Below the pieces are notes generated by a model. The model did no database searches and was not told the DNA's origin. It was given only the letters and a program-made list of their open reading frames with translations. From a bacterium (GTDB taxonomy: Bacteria; UBA8248): DNA of 64,000 bases. The DNA is taken from the NCBI GenBank assembly GCA_963692865.2, contig OY843592.1:416001-480000 (forward strand). Reading direction: 5' to 3'. Positions 36,810 through 47,379 of the stretch are shown here, one piece after another. The stretch's first letter is position 1; every line of letters begins with the position of its first letter. The position numbers and the translations under genes were made by a program.

Positions 36810-38831
36810 TCACACGCTCACGGGAGAGAGGAACACGGCGTCGCCCTCCTCCGCGTCGAGTACGGCGACGCCGTCCGCGGCGAGGCCCGCCGCGTTCTCG
36901 GGAAACGCGTCGTCCGCCTCCACCCAAGCGCGAAGCGGCACCCCCCACTTCCCGCGCAATTCGACCAGATCCCCCTCCTGAAGACCCCGCCCGGCGAGCG
37001 TCGCCGGGTTCATATGGCACCTGCGACGGGAATCCTCCCGCGCGTCTTCATCTGCGAGAACGAGGGTGAGCGCGCGCCTCGCGGCCCGGGCGGCCTGCCT
37101 GCGCGCGCGCGTTTCCTCCTCATCCACGGCGCCGTCGCGCACGATGACGGCGTAATCCTCTCTCGCTCCATCTTCCGTCACGTAGCCCGCGCGCACGTCG
37201 GCGAGAACCGACTCGGCTTCCCGTTGAAACGGGTCGCCGAAACCACCGCCGCCCGATGTCTCCATGACGAAAACATCCCCTCTCTCAAGAGGAAAACCCG
37301 CCGCCTTGCCGGGCGTCCCGGAAGGCGCAAGCGTTTCGCCGCCCCGCGCGACACCGAAGCGGTTGGGTTTTCCCGGCCCGCCGCCGAGCACGCCGAAGGG
37401 CGGAATCACGTTCTTGTCCGAAGAAATCGAGAGCAGCGCGCTCTCCGCCAGCACCTCCACCTCGCGGCGAAGGCCGAGTCCACCCCTGCGAAAGCCCGCT
37501 CCGCCCGAATCGGCACGCAGGGAGAGTCCCCTGATCTTGAGCGGCTGACCCTGTTCGATGACCTCGACCGATTGGATCGAGGCGAAATCCCCTTCCGTGA
37601 AGTTCCGCGTCGCGCTGTTGCCGTCGCTTTCTGCAAAGCCGCCCGTGCCGCCCGCCGGAAACTCGTAGAAGAGAAACGGCGCCCCGCTTCGCGCGTCCCG
37701 CCCGCCGATGTAGACGTGGTTCGACGTGCCCTTGAGGTCGCCCGTAACGACGTCGGACGCGAATCGCGCCGCAGCGCCGATGAGGGCGGAGACCACGGCG
37801 TGGCTCACCTCCATGGATCCTGCGCAACTCGCGGGGTATCGCGCCGACAGCAGGGAGCCGGGCTCGACCTCGATGGTGAGCGGACGGAAGGCCCCGTGGT
37901 TGATCGCGCCTTTGGGATCGAGAAACGCCTTGATGACGCTGAATGCGGCCGATGGGGCCATGGCGGGGCCGACGTTGTAGGCCCCTTTGGTCTGCGGGTC
38001 GGTTCCGTGAAAATCGACGAGCAGTTCATCGCCGGTTTTCTCGACCCTCACCCGGATGCGAATAGGATTAAGCGAATGCCCGTCGTGATCCATGAAATGC
38101 TCGTAGATGGATTCCCCGTCCGGCAGGGCGGCGATTCTGCGGCGCATGGAAGCCTCGGCGCGATCGAGCAGGCGATTCTTCGCGGCGAGGATGACGACCC
38201 ATCCGTATTTAACCGCAAGTTCTTCCAGTCTTTTGTGGGCGGTGTGGCAGGTGGCGAGCATGGCGAAGAAATCCCCGCGCCGCTCCTCGGGAACCCGCAT
38301 GTTGTGCAGGAGAAGGTCGAGAAGCCCCTTGTTGAGCCTCCCCCGCTCGATGATCCTCAGTATGGGGATGCGCACCCCGTCGTGCAAAATCTCGGTGTTC
38401 TTGCCGGAAATGCTCCCCGGCGTCGTGCCGCCCACGTCGCCCCAGTGGGCGCGGACGACGGGGTAGACCGCCATATTCGCGCCATGGAACAGGGGCGAGA
38501 TGATCGCCACGTCGTTCAGGTGCGTTCCGCCTGTATAGGGGTCGTTGTGAATGAATACGTCGCCCGGGTGGATGTCTCCCCCGAAGCGCTCCAGCATCTG
38601 CCCGACTTCCATCGGCACCGGGAAGATATGGACGGGGTTGTCCTCCGCCATGGCGACGAGCTGACCCTCGCCGTCCACGAGCACGCAGGAGAAATCGTGC
38701 CCCTCATAGATGATGGAGGAATACGCCGTGCGCACCATGTTCGCGCGCATCTCGCGGACGACGGCGACGAAGGACTCGTTGATGACTTCAAGCGTTATGG
38801 GGTCGATATCCCCGACACGTTCCCGGCTCAT
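36810..38831 (-). CDS. Hydantoinase B / oxoprolinase family
   Basis: DPITLEVI, HNDPYTGGTHLND, DSGGAGFRRGG, TSGGGGFGDP. Confidence 0.95.
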   Translation of the reverse strand: MSRERVGDIDPITLEVINESFVAVVREMRANMVRTAYSSIIYEGHDFSCVLVDGEGQLVAMAEDNPVHIFPVPMEVGQMLERFGGDIHPGDVFIHNDPYTGGTHLNDVAIISPLFHGANMAVYPVVRAHWGDVGGTTPGSISGKNTEILHDGVRIPILRIIERGRLNKGLLDLLLHNMRVPEERRGDFFAMLATCHTAHKRLEELAVKYGWVVILAAKNRLLDRAEASMRRRIAALPDGESIYEHFMDHDGHSLNPIRIRVRVEKTGDELLVDFHGTDPQTKGAYNVGPAMAPSAAFSVIKAFLDPKGAINHGAFRPLTIEVEPGSLLSARYPASCAGSMEVSHAVVSALIGAAARFASDVVTGDLKGTSNHVYIGGRDARSGAPFLFYEFPAGGTGGFAESDGNSATRNFTEGDFASIQSVEVIEQGQPLKIRGLSLRADSGGAGFRRGGLGLRREVEVLAESALLSISSDKNVIPPFGVLGGGPGKPNRFGVARGGETLAPSGTPGKAAGFPLERGDVFVMETSGGGGFGDPFQREAESVLADVRAGYVTEDGAREDYAVIVRDGAVDEEETRARRQAARAARRALTLVLADEDAREDSRRRCHMNPATLAGRGLQEGDLVELRGKWGVPLRAWVEADDAFPENAAGLAADGVAVLDAEEGDAVFLSPVSV

Positions 38832-39035
38832 GGGTTTCCCGTTCAGTAAATCGTGGACGATGGCCGCATCTTAGCCCGAACGGGGCGGTTTGTTCACCCG
38901 GCTCGAGGGTATGCGTTTCGACCTCGAACCGGGAGATGGATTTATCCTGTATTTTTCTCCCGAAACGACTATACTGCCCCATCCTCAGCAAGATGAACGT
39001 GCGCAGCGTTGGTGCGCCATGAAAAGGAGCCCCGG

Positions 39036-39692
39036 ATGGATTCCGACGCAGTATTTTTTGCAGACGTCGATACGGCGACGCTCGGCGACGCCGCAACGGC
39101 CCTGGGTCTGAACCTCATCATGGAAGGCCCTCGGCCCAACGCGCCCGAGACGTATCCTCGATTCGCAGGACCTGCCGCCACCATGGTGTTCGCGCCGGTG
39201 CGGGAACCGGGAGCCAAGGCTCTCTTCAGTCTCTATGACGCTGTGGAAGAAGTACCCGAAGGCTCGGTGGTCGTCGTCGACGCCGCCGGCTCTCCCCTGG
39301 CCGTTTGGGGGGGAGGAGCGAGCAGCGTCTGCAAACGGCGCGGCGCGCTCGGCTGCGTAATCGACGGGGCGACCCGCGATCTCGAAGCATTGCGCGATCT
39401 CGATTTTCCCGTGTTCAGCAAATCGGTATGGAGCCTGGCCTTTCCCAAGCGCCTGGAAGTCGCGGCGAAAGACGTGGCCGTCACCTGCTGCGGAGTGCGC
39501 GTGGCGCCGGGGGACATCGTCGTTGCGGATATCGACGGCGTGGCCGTCGTTCCGCAAAGCTCTCTGAAAAAGGTGAAACGACAGGTCACCCGGATTCGCT
39601 ACATAGAAAATGAGGTCAAGGGCCGCATCGCCGGGGGCGAATCGATGCGCGACCTCTTTCCCCGCCTCGCGCAGAAGTTCGACACCGATTGA
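39036..39692 (+). CDS. RraA-like / HMG aldolase family
   Basis: FAGPAAT, AVWGG, IDGATRD, PGDIVVADIDGV. Confidence 0.88.
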   Translation: MDSDAVFFADVDTATLGDAATALGLNLIMEGPRPNAPETYPRFAGPAATMVFAPVREPGAKALFSLYDAVEEVPEGSVVVVDAAGSPLAVWGGGASSVCKRRGALGCVIDGATRDLEALRDLDFPVFSKSVWSLAFPKRLEVAAKDVAVTCCGVRVAPGDIVVADIDGVAVVPQSSLKKVKRQVTRIRYIENEVKGRIAGGESMRDLFPRLAQKFDTD

Positions 39693-39722
39693 CATGCAAC
39701 TGACGCTTTACGGGAGACGACC

Positions 39723-40823
39723 ATGACGCATGAGGTATCAGCCGTCGTCGAGACGCCCGGAACAATAAATTTGCGGGAGTTTCCCTTGCCCGAGATAGGG
39801 GATGAGGAAGGCCTGCTCCATGTCGATATGGTGGGCGTCTGCTCCTCGGATTACAAATACTTTAACGGCAAGGTCGCCCACAGGTGGAGCTACCCCATCA
39901 TCATGGGCCACGAGATGGTGGGCCGTCTCGCCAAGGCCGGCAAGAACGTCCAGAAGCGCCTCGGCGTCAAGGAGGGCGACCGCCTCGTGGTGGAGGCGCA
40001 GGTGGGCTGCAACCAGTGCTGGTACTGCCACACCGGCAACCGCCGCCTGTGCAAGGACGCGATGGTCTACGGCAGCGTGCGCTCCTGTGCGGAGCCGCCC
40101 CATCTTTGGGGCGCGTATGGGCAATACGTATACCTGCCGCCTGGCGCGGGAATCCACAAGGCGCCCGACGGCCTCACGGATGAGTCCGCCGTGCTCATCA
40201 CCGCCGTGCTCGCGAACGGGGTGCGGTGGGCGCGCGATCTGGGCGGCATTTCGGTCGGCGACACCGTTGTGGTGCAAGGCCCCGGTCCCCAGGGTCTCTG
40301 CGCGTGCGCCGTGGCGAAGCACACCGGAGCCGGGCAGGTAATAGTCACCGGCCTCGCGCGCGACGCGAAACGCCTGGAGGCGGCGAAGCGCTTCGGCGCG
40401 GATTACGCCATCGACGTCGATGCCTCAGACCCCGCGAAGGAAGTCCGCGAGCTCACGGGCGGTCGCATGGCGGACGTGGTGGTTGATGTGACGGGCAGCC
40501 CCGCCGCCGCGAGCCTCGCACCCAAGCTCGTCCGCAGGCTGGGCACGGTGGTGCTGGCCGGACTCACCGGCGGCCAGAAAGGCTCTTTGGAACTCGACCC
40601 CTTGGTGTGGGGCGAAATACGAATACAGGGCGCATACAGCCACACGAGCGACGCCGTGCGGGGCGCGCTCGATTTCGCGGCGAACTCGCCGTATCCTTTC
40701 GAGGAGATGGTGACCCACCGCTTCCCGCTCGCCGAGGCAGAGCGCGCCGTGCGCATCACGGGCGGGGAGTTTCCCGAAGAAGAACAGGTGAAAACCGTGC
40801 TCCAGCCGTGGCGGGACCTCTAA
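39723..40823 (+). CDS. Zn-dependent alcohol dehydrogenase (MDR)
   Basis: GVCSSD, GHE, CNQCWYC..C, GPGPQG. Confidence 0.93.
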   Translation: MTHEVSAVVETPGTINLREFPLPEIGDEEGLLHVDMVGVCSSDYKYFNGKVAHRWSYPIIMGHEMVGRLAKAGKNVQKRLGVKEGDRLVVEAQVGCNQCWYCHTGNRRLCKDAMVYGSVRSCAEPPHLWGAYGQYVYLPPGAGIHKAPDGLTDESAVLITAVLANGVRWARDLGGISVGDTVVVQGPGPQGLCACAVAKHTGAGQVIVTGLARDAKRLEAAKRFGADYAIDVDASDPAKEVRELTGGRMADVVVDVTGSPAAASLAPKLVRRLGTVVLAGLTGGQKGSLELDPLVWGEIRIQGAYSHTSDAVRGALDFAANSPYPFEEMVTHRFPLAEAERAVRITGGEFPEEEQVKTVLQPWRDL

Positions 40824-40938
40824 CCGGCGCCGAAAACGCCCGGTTGACCCCGCGTCCATGCTTCTGTACAAAGTTTCTATACTGAAAAAGGGAAATCCCG
40901 GGCATCGGACACTCGCTTCCCCATGAGGGGGTAATTCC

Positions 40939-41607
40939 GTGTCGGAGTGGATATTCTTACCTTTCGTGGTGATATTCAAAGTCATTGCCTGGATTTTCAC
41001 CACCCTGATCCAGCCGCCGCTCATGCTCATCAGCATCCCTCTTTTTCACTACGTCGTTCCCGTCATCCTCATCATCTGCTTCGTCACATACCTCGTGCGT
41101 CAGGTAAAGAACGAGGGCGGGGTGTACCTGTTTCGCAATCTGGAGGAAATTCTCGCGTTTCCCTTCCTCGCGGCCATCGGATATCTCGTCTTCATGCAGG
41201 TGTATTTCCGATACGTCCTGAACGACCCCATCGTATGGGCCGAGGAGATCACGCTGCTGTGCTTCCACTGGGCCATTTTTATCGGCGCCGCGCTCGCATA
41301 CAAGCACGGCGAGAAGCTGGCCATGGAAACATTCATCGGTCACTTTCCAGAGAATTTACAGAGAAGAATTTACACCATCACCGAACTCCTCATCTTCTTG
41401 ACACTTCTGCTGCTCCTGTACCAGGGGATTCAGGTGGCGATTCTGGAATGGACCTATCCTTCCTCGGCGCTCGAATTCCCGCAGACCTATCAAAGTGCGT
41501 CTTTTCCCGTGGGCATGACCCTGATGGTCATCCATTCGGGGCGGCTGCTATGGGGCCTGGTAACGGGAAAAGCGGAACTGGGGCATCGGAGTTCGCCCGC
41601 GGTGTAA
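40939..41607 (+). CDS. dctQ: TRAP transporter small permease
   Basis: QVYFRYVLNDPIVWAEE motif. Confidence 0.88.
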   Translation: MSEWIFLPFVVIFKVIAWIFTTLIQPPLMLISIPLFHYVVPVILIICFVTYLVRQVKNEGGVYLFRNLEEILAFPFLAAIGYLVFMQVYFRYVLNDPIVWAEEITLLCFHWAIFIGAALAYKHGEKLAMETFIGHFPENLQRRIYTITELLIFLTLLLLLYQGIQVAILEWTYPSSALEFPQTYQSASFPVGMTLMVIHSGRLLWGLVTGKAELGHRSSPAV

Positions 41608-41623
41608 TCGCGAAGGAGTCGGC

Positions 41624-42910
41624 ATGAACGCCTTGATACTCGTCTTGCTGTTCTTCTTCTTCCTCGCCTTCAGCACGCCGATAGCCTTTGCCCTGGTATT
41701 CACCTGCCTGTTCTACCTGACGTTCCTTTCTGAAATGCCCGTCACCTTCCTGGCGAGCATCATGATCGGCTCTTTGGAGCATTACTCGCTCATCGCCATT
41801 CCGCTGTTCATCTTCGCTGCCCAGCTCATGAACATATCGAGGGTAACAGACAGGATTTTCGACTTCGCCAAAGTGCTGGTGGGCCATTTAACCGGAAGCC
41901 TGGGGCACGCGAACATCGTCGCCAGCATCATCTTCGCGGGCATGTCCGGCTCCGCACTCGCCGACGCGGCCGGCCTGGGCCGCGTGGAAATCGAGGGGAT
42001 GACCAAGGAGGGTTACGACAAGCCCTTCTCCGCGGCCGTGACGGCCGCGAGTTCGTGCATCGGGCCCATCATCCCGCCCAGCATCATCATGGTCATCTAC
42101 GCGAGCATCGCCGAGGAATCGGCGGGGCGGGTCTTTCTGGGCGGTGTGATTCCCGGATTCTTCATGGGCGGGGCGATGATGGTGATCGTTTATTTCATCT
42201 CCCGCAAACGGGGATACAAGAAATATCCGCGCGCCTCCCTCATCGAGATTTGGAGGAGCTTCCGCTCCGCCTTCCTGGCGCTCTTGACGCCGGCGATTAT
42301 CCTGGGCGGCATCGGCTCGGGCGCCACGACGCCCACCGAGGCGGCCGTGCTGGCCGTGGCGTGGTCGCTATTTCTCGGGATGGTGGTCTACAAGGAGGTG
42401 CGGCCATCCGATCTGCCCCGCATCCTCTCCACGGTGATCATATATACGGCGGTGGTGCTGTTCATTTTTTCCGCCGCTTCGGTCTTCACGCGCCTCATCA
42501 CCATCGAGCGCATCCCCTTCATCTTCGCCCATTTCCTCATGACCGCTTTGCAGGAGAAATGGCTCATCCTATTCGTCCTCAACATATTCCTGCTCATCGG
42601 CGGCATGGTAATGGAACCCACACCATTGCTGCTCATCGTGACGCCGGTCATGCTGCCCATCGCGCAGGCGCTGGACATCGACCTCGTGCATCTGGGCGTG
42701 TTCATGGTGCTGAACCTCGTCATCGGGAACCTCACCCCGCCGTTCGCGCTCGCGCTATACGTGGTTTCCGACATCACGAAAGTGCCCTTCTGGACCATCG
42801 TGCGGGCCACTGCGCCTTTTTATATCCCGCTCATCGTTACCCTGTTCGCCATCGTCTATTACTCGCCGCTCGTCATGTGGCTGCCGAACCTGCTGCTGCC
42901 GGTCGAATAA
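41624..42910 (+). CDS. dctM: TRAP transporter large permease
   Basis: AIPLF, SGSALAD, IIPPSI, TPTEA, TPP motifs. Confidence 0.95.
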   Translation: MNALILVLLFFFFLAFSTPIAFALVFTCLFYLTFLSEMPVTFLASIMIGSLEHYSLIAIPLFIFAAQLMNISRVTDRIFDFAKVLVGHLTGSLGHANIVASIIFAGMSGSALADAAGLGRVEIEGMTKEGYDKPFSAAVTAASSCIGPIIPPSIIMVIYASIAEESAGRVFLGGVIPGFFMGGAMMVIVYFISRKRGYKKYPRASLIEIWRSFRSAFLALLTPAIILGGIGSGATTPTEAAVLAVAWSLFLGMVVYKEVRPSDLPRILSTVIIYTAVVLFIFSAASVFTRLITIERIPFIFAHFLMTALQEKWLILFVLNIFLLIGGMVMEPTPLLLIVTPVMLPIAQALDIDLVHLGVFMVLNLVIGNLTPPFALALYVVSDITKVPFWTIVRATAPFYIPLIVTLFAIVYYSPLVMWLPNLLLPVE

Positions 42911-42920
42911 CGCGATACAA

Positions 42921-42956
42921 AAAACACCGCCGGCTCACCATATCCGGCGGTGTTTT
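42921..42956. terminator. Bidirectional intrinsic terminator between convergent dctM and dctP
   Basis: AAAACACCGCCGG...CCGGCGGTGTTTT. Confidence 0.8.
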
Positions 42957-43008
42957 GTTTCTTCCTGCGCCGTGAGGCTTACCCGGCACACATCGAGAAA
43001 CTACTTCA

Positions 43009-43998
43009 TTAGAACTTCGCCCGCGTCGCTTTGACCTTTGCGAAGAAGTCCTTGCCCCACCCCTTCGTGCCGATGGTCTCCGCAGCCGAGGCGGTCTTCT
43101 TGGCGAATTCATCCACGTTGATGTTGTAGATATTCACGCCTTTTTTCTTGAACTTGTCCAGGTAGGCGTTCTCGAGGTCGGTGTAGATCTTCTGCGCGTG
43201 GGCGATTCCCTTGGCCAGCGCGTCGTCGAACCACTTGCGCTGCTGTTTGTTCAGACCCTTGTGCCACTTGTCGTTCACCATGAAGTACGACGTCGAGGAA
43301 AGATGCGAGGTGAGCGTCAGGTGCTTGCCCACTTCGTAGAACTTGTTGGTGTAGAGCGTCTCCAGGGTGTTCTCCATGGCGTCGACCGTACCCAGCAGCA
43401 TGGCGTTGTACACGTCCGCCCAGGACATCGGCGTGGGCTTCGAGCCCAATCCCCGGAAGGCCAGAACCCAGGGAGGAGCTTGGGGAACGCGGATTTTAAG
43501 CCCCTTGAAATCGGCGAGCGTCTTGAGCGGCTTCTTGCGCGATAGCACGTGCCGCGCGCCCCGGTTGATGACGCTGACCATGATGGTGCCGCGCTTTTTC
43601 AGAAAATCCTTGCGCCAGCGCTCGAACAACGGCCCGTTGGCGACGGTGCGCACGTGCTTGGTGCTCTTCCAGAAGTAGGGGAGGTTCAGGCTGTCATACG
43701 CCGGAAACTGCGTGAGCCCCTGGAAGGTCGCCTGAATCGCGCCCAACTGCACCGACTGCAGCTGGGTCTTGCCGTCGCCGACCTGGCCTTTCAGGAACAC
43801 CTGCACCTCCATGGCGCCCTTGCTCATTTTGTCGAGCATCTTTCCGAATTCGATGGCCCCGTAGTGGGTGGGGTTTTTGTTGCTGTACATGTGGCCGACC
43901 TTGATGACGACCTTCTTGGCTCCCAGGGCGGGCGCCGCTCCCTGGGCGAGGAGAAACGCTGCGGCAACGAAAACGACGGGAATGAGTCTTCTGGCCAT
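43009..43998 (-). CDS. dctP: TRAP substrate-binding protein
   Basis: Signal peptide, DFKGLKIRV, PTPMSWADVY..GTVDAMEN. Confidence 0.93.
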   Translation of the reverse strand: MARRLIPVVFVAAAFLLAQGAAPALGAKKVVIKVGHMYSNKNPTHYGAIEFGKMLDKMSKGAMEVQVFLKGQVGDGKTQLQSVQLGAIQATFQGLTQFPAYDSLNLPYFWKSTKHVRTVANGPLFERWRKDFLKKRGTIMVSVINRGARHVLSRKKPLKTLADFKGLKIRVPQAPPWVLAFRGLGSKPTPMSWADVYNAMLLGTVDAMENTLETLYTNKFYEVGKHLTLTSHLSSTSYFMVNDKWHKGLNKQQRKWFDDALAKGIAHAQKIYTDLENAYLDKFKKKGVNIYNINVDEFAKKTASAAETIGTKGWGKDFFAKVKATRAKF

Positions 43999-44193
43999 TG
44001 GCACTATCCTCCCTGAACAGGAATGGAAGATATCCCCCTTGCGGGGATACCGAAGAGCGCTACGCGTAGAAGCGTGCAAGACCAGTATGAAAAAATTTCG
44101 AATGGATGCGAAAATTCTACCCTTCTTTTCCCCTGCTTACAAGAAGGTATAATTCTTCATTACGGTGAAAAGCTGTCCCGGAGGAGAAAGCCC

Positions 44194-44871
44194 GTGAATG
44201 AAGAATGGAGCGAGCTTAAGGCAGCCCTCGAAAACTACCCGGACCTCGTCTGCGCGGAAGTGGACGGGCTGACGCACGAGCAGATGTGCTACGCGAACGA
44301 GGAGCCGCCTTGGGCGCGCTGGTCGATGGATCTACAAATCCGCCACATCGCCCTCATGACCCCGGTCTGGCTCTATCTCAGGGCGGGCGAGATGCTCGGC
44401 CGGGAGGGTTATTCGTTTCCCGATACCGCAAGTCTCATCGCCCAACTCATCGACTCAGGAATCCGCCACGTCCCGCCCGAAGCGGCAGGCGACCGCGCCG
44501 CCGTGGTCGAGTTCATGCGGCCCTGGGCCGGGCTTTGTTGCGAGATCATCGACAAAGAAAGCGACGAGAGGCTGCGCTCCTTATCGTTCACCTACTACAC
44601 GGACCCTGAAGCCTCCCGCCCGGGAGACCCCCACAAACCCGTCGAGTACCACAGAATGTCCATCCGCCTTCATCCTTCCGGCTTTACTGAAGACGCGGAG
44701 CGCCCCGGTCTTTTTCATCTGGAAATCGGCGCGGTCCTGCGCCACATCTACTGGAACGTGCTCGCGCATCTGCGAACCGTCCAGAGGCTGAAACTAAGAC
44801 AAGGCTTACCCTTGAAGGCGGAGTTGCCGCGCGAGGGCTACCTCACGCTGCCTGAGTTCTACGACCCCTGA
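44194..44871 (+). CDS. Hypothetical protein, DinB-like fold possible
   Basis: WS...IRHIA and late HL motifs; RBS GGAGGAG before GTG. Confidence 0.6.
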   Translation: MNEEWSELKAALENYPDLVCAEVDGLTHEQMCYANEEPPWARWSMDLQIRHIALMTPVWLYLRAGEMLGREGYSFPDTASLIAQLIDSGIRHVPPEAAGDRAAVVEFMRPWAGLCCEIIDKESDERLRSLSFTYYTDPEASRPGDPHKPVEYHRMSIRLHPSGFTEDAERPGLFHLEIGAVLRHIYWNVLAHLRTVQRLKLRQGLPLKAELPREGYLTLPEFYDP

Positions 44872-45017
44872 TCGGACTTTCCACCGCACCTTGACGCGCA
44901 TCTCCAAGGCTTTGGGGTATAATGCGCCTTCGGGGGTCGTATACCCTCGGAACGCCGCCGCTTTCTTTTCAAAGGATGGTTAAATTGATGCGAAATCAAA
45001 ATCAAGCGCCCTTCTAC

Positions 45018-45476
45018 ATGCGCAAACGACGTTTATTCGCCGCCATCTGGATCGCCGCCTTTTGCCTTGCTCTTCCTTCTTCGGCTGCGGCCATCGCGCC
45101 CGTTTATTCCACTTATCTGGGAGGGGCCATCCGGGGATATGATCCGGTGGCCTATTTCACGGAGAAAAAACCCGTCCAGGGGAAAAGCGCCTTTTCGCAC
45201 AAGTGGAAAGGCGCCACCTGGTATTTCGCCAGCGGGAAAAACCGAGATTTGTTCCGCGCGGCTCCTGAAAAATACGCCCCCCGATACGGCGGCTATTGCG
45301 CATACGCGGTGAGCCAGGGCTACACCGCGAGCATCGTCCCCGAAGCGTGGAAGATCGTGGACGGCAAGCTCTACCTGAACTACAGCAAGAGCGTTCAGCG
45401 GACCTGGGAGCAGGACATCCCCGGCTACATCGCATCGGCGGACAAGAACTGGCCCAGGATCCTCAAGGGGAAATAG
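45018..45476 (+). CDS. YHS-domain secreted protein
   Basis: GYDPVAYF, PEKYAPRYGGYCAYAV, IVDGKLYLN; start uncertain. Confidence 0.9.
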   Translation: MRKRRLFAAIWIAAFCLALPSSAAAIAPVYSTYLGGAIRGYDPVAYFTEKKPVQGKSAFSHKWKGATWYFASGKNRDLFRAAPEKYAPRYGGYCAYAVSQGYTASIVPEAWKIVDGKLYLNYSKSVQRTWEQDIPGYIASADKNWPRILKGK

Positions 45477-45831
45477 CTCCCCGACGGGGCCGGGAGCCGG
45501 CGCAGGCTCCACCGGAGGGGTTAATTCACCCGCGAAAACGGATCATCTCGAACAGGCGGCGGCTCCCTAGTGCCCCAGGTCGCTCGGCTCTTTTCCCTCG
45601 ACCGCATCGAAAGCCCGCTTCGACGCCGTGAGCGAACTCGCCCGCGCCATCAACCGCAAGGAACTGGAAATGAACCCCTCGAACTACGAACTCCTGAAAT
45701 CGAGGCTGGGAATCGCAGGGTGAACGAAAAAACCGTCTCGACCGCTCTTGAAGACAAGCACGAAAGAGAGAATGCGAAACCGATCCGTACCGCACGGAGC
45801 CTGCGATGCCGCCGCGCGGCGATGAAGGGGA

Positions 45832-46515
45832 CTACGCGAGTTCGCGTCTCGGGTTTCTGCCTTCGACCATGAAGAGGACGGCTTCGGCGATGTTCGTCGC
45901 GTGATCGGCGATTCTCTCGAAGTATTTCGAAATGAACGTCAGGCGGGTCGCGCGGCTGATGTTGCGCGGGTTGTCCAGCATGTATGTCAGCAGTTCGCGG
46001 AACAACTCCTCGTTCATGTCGTCCACCTCGTCGTCGCTCGCCATGACCTTGCGCGCGAGCACCACGTCTTCCTTGATGAAGCTGTCGAGGCTCTCGCGCA
46101 GCATCTGGCTCGAAGCGCCGGCCATGCGCGGCAACTCGATATAGGGCTTCAGCGGAGGCTCCTCGTTCAGCTCCAGCGCCCGTTCGCACACGTTGACGGC
46201 CAGATCGCCCACCCGTTCGAGGTCGGAGGCGATTTTCACGCCTGTCGTGATGAAGCGCAGATCCACCGAAGTCGGTTGCCGGAGCGCCATCACCTGTAGG
46301 CAAAGCTCGTTTACGTCGACTTCGAGTTGGTTGACCTCCTGATCGCTTTCGATGACTGTCTGGGCGATATCGGAGTCACGCCGGGTGAGGCTTTCGATGC
46401 TTTTCGCCATCATCGCTTCCACCTTTGCGCCCAACTCCAGGATCAGGCGGCGTAGTTCCTGGAGTTCGTTTTCGAATTCCGAACTCGTGTGCGCTTTTCC
46501 GCTCGTTAGTGCCAT
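45832..46515 (-). CDS. phoU: Phosphate transport regulator PhoU
   Basis: DLERVGDLA, FERIADHATNIAE. Confidence 0.96.
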   Translation of the reverse strand: MALTSGKAHTSSEFENELQELRRLILELGAKVEAMMAKSIESLTRRDSDIAQTVIESDQEVNQLEVDVNELCLQVMALRQPTSVDLRFITTGVKIASDLERVGDLAVNVCERALELNEEPPLKPYIELPRMAGASSQMLRESLDSFIKEDVVLARKVMASDDEVDDMNEELFRELLTYMLDNPRNISRATRLTFISKYFERIADHATNIAEAVLFMVEGRNPRRELA

Positions 46516-46533
46516 GCCAAATGTCCTCCTGCG

Positions 46534-47364
46534 TTAGCCGAATCGACCGGTGATGTAATCGGAGGTTCGGACGTGCATGGGGTTCATGAAAATCTTCTTC
46601 GTTTCCCCGTATTCGATCAATCGGCCCAGAAACATGAAAGCCGTGTTATCCGAGACGCGGGCGGCCTGCTGCATGTTGTGCGTCACGATGACGATGGAGA
46701 AATGCTCCTTGAGCTGTGCTATCAGATCCTCGATCCGGGCCGTGGCAATCGGGTCGAGCGCCGAGCAGGGCTCGTCCATCAGAATGATCTCCGGCTCCGA
46801 GGCGATCGCCCGGGCGATACACAGGCGCTGCTGCTGACCGCCCGAGAGGCTGAGCGCGTTGTCCTGGAGGCGATCGGAGACCTCGTCCCAGAGCGCGGCG
46901 TCGCGAAGGGTGCGCTCGCAGGTCTCCTCCAGGAGATTTCTGTCGCGGATTCCGTCCACCCGCAGGGGGTAGACCACGTTTTCGAATATGGACATCGGGA
47001 AGGGATTGGGCTTTTGGAACACCATGCCGAGGCGCTTGCGCAACTCGATGACCTCCACGCGCGGATCGTGGATGTCGGTTCCCTCAATCGCAATGGTCCC
47101 ATTGCGGCGAATGCCGTCGATCAGGTCGTTCATGCGGTTGAACGAACGGAGGAGCGTGGATTTCCCGCATCCCGAAGGGCCGATGAGGGCGGTGACGAGC
47201 TCTTTCTGTATTTTCAGGGTGTTGTTGAACAGGGCCTGCTTTTCGCCATACCAGAGGCTGAAGTTTTCGATGTCGATTACACCGCCGAATTCACTTTCGA
47301 CGGGGTGGTATGCCGTCGCTTCGAATTCGGCTTCCTGCTCGATCACTGCCGCGTTGGACACCAT
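46534..47364 (-). CDS. pstB: Phosphate ABC ATPase
   Basis: [30 protein letters not shown]. Confidence 0.97.
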   Translation of the reverse strand: MVSNAAVIEQEAEFEATAYHPVESEFGGVIDIENFSLWYGEKQALFNNTLKIQKELVTALIGPSGCGKSTLLRSFNRMNDLIDGIRRNGTIAIEGTDIHDPRVEVIELRKRLGMVFQKPNPFPMSIFENVVYPLRVDGIRDRNLLEETCERTLRDAALWDEVSDRLQDNALSLSGGQQQRLCIARAIASEPEIILMDEPCSALDPIATARIEDLIAQLKEHFSIVIVTHNMQQAARVSDNTAFMFLGRLIEYGETKKIFMNPMHVRTSDYITGRFG

Positions 47365-47379
47365 TTTAATACGTCTCCA

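Noticed and set aside
45570-45723. Coding-like fragment (RFDAVSELARAINRKELEMNPSNYELLKSRLGIAG*)
   Set aside because: Probably a gene remnant, but too short to assign.
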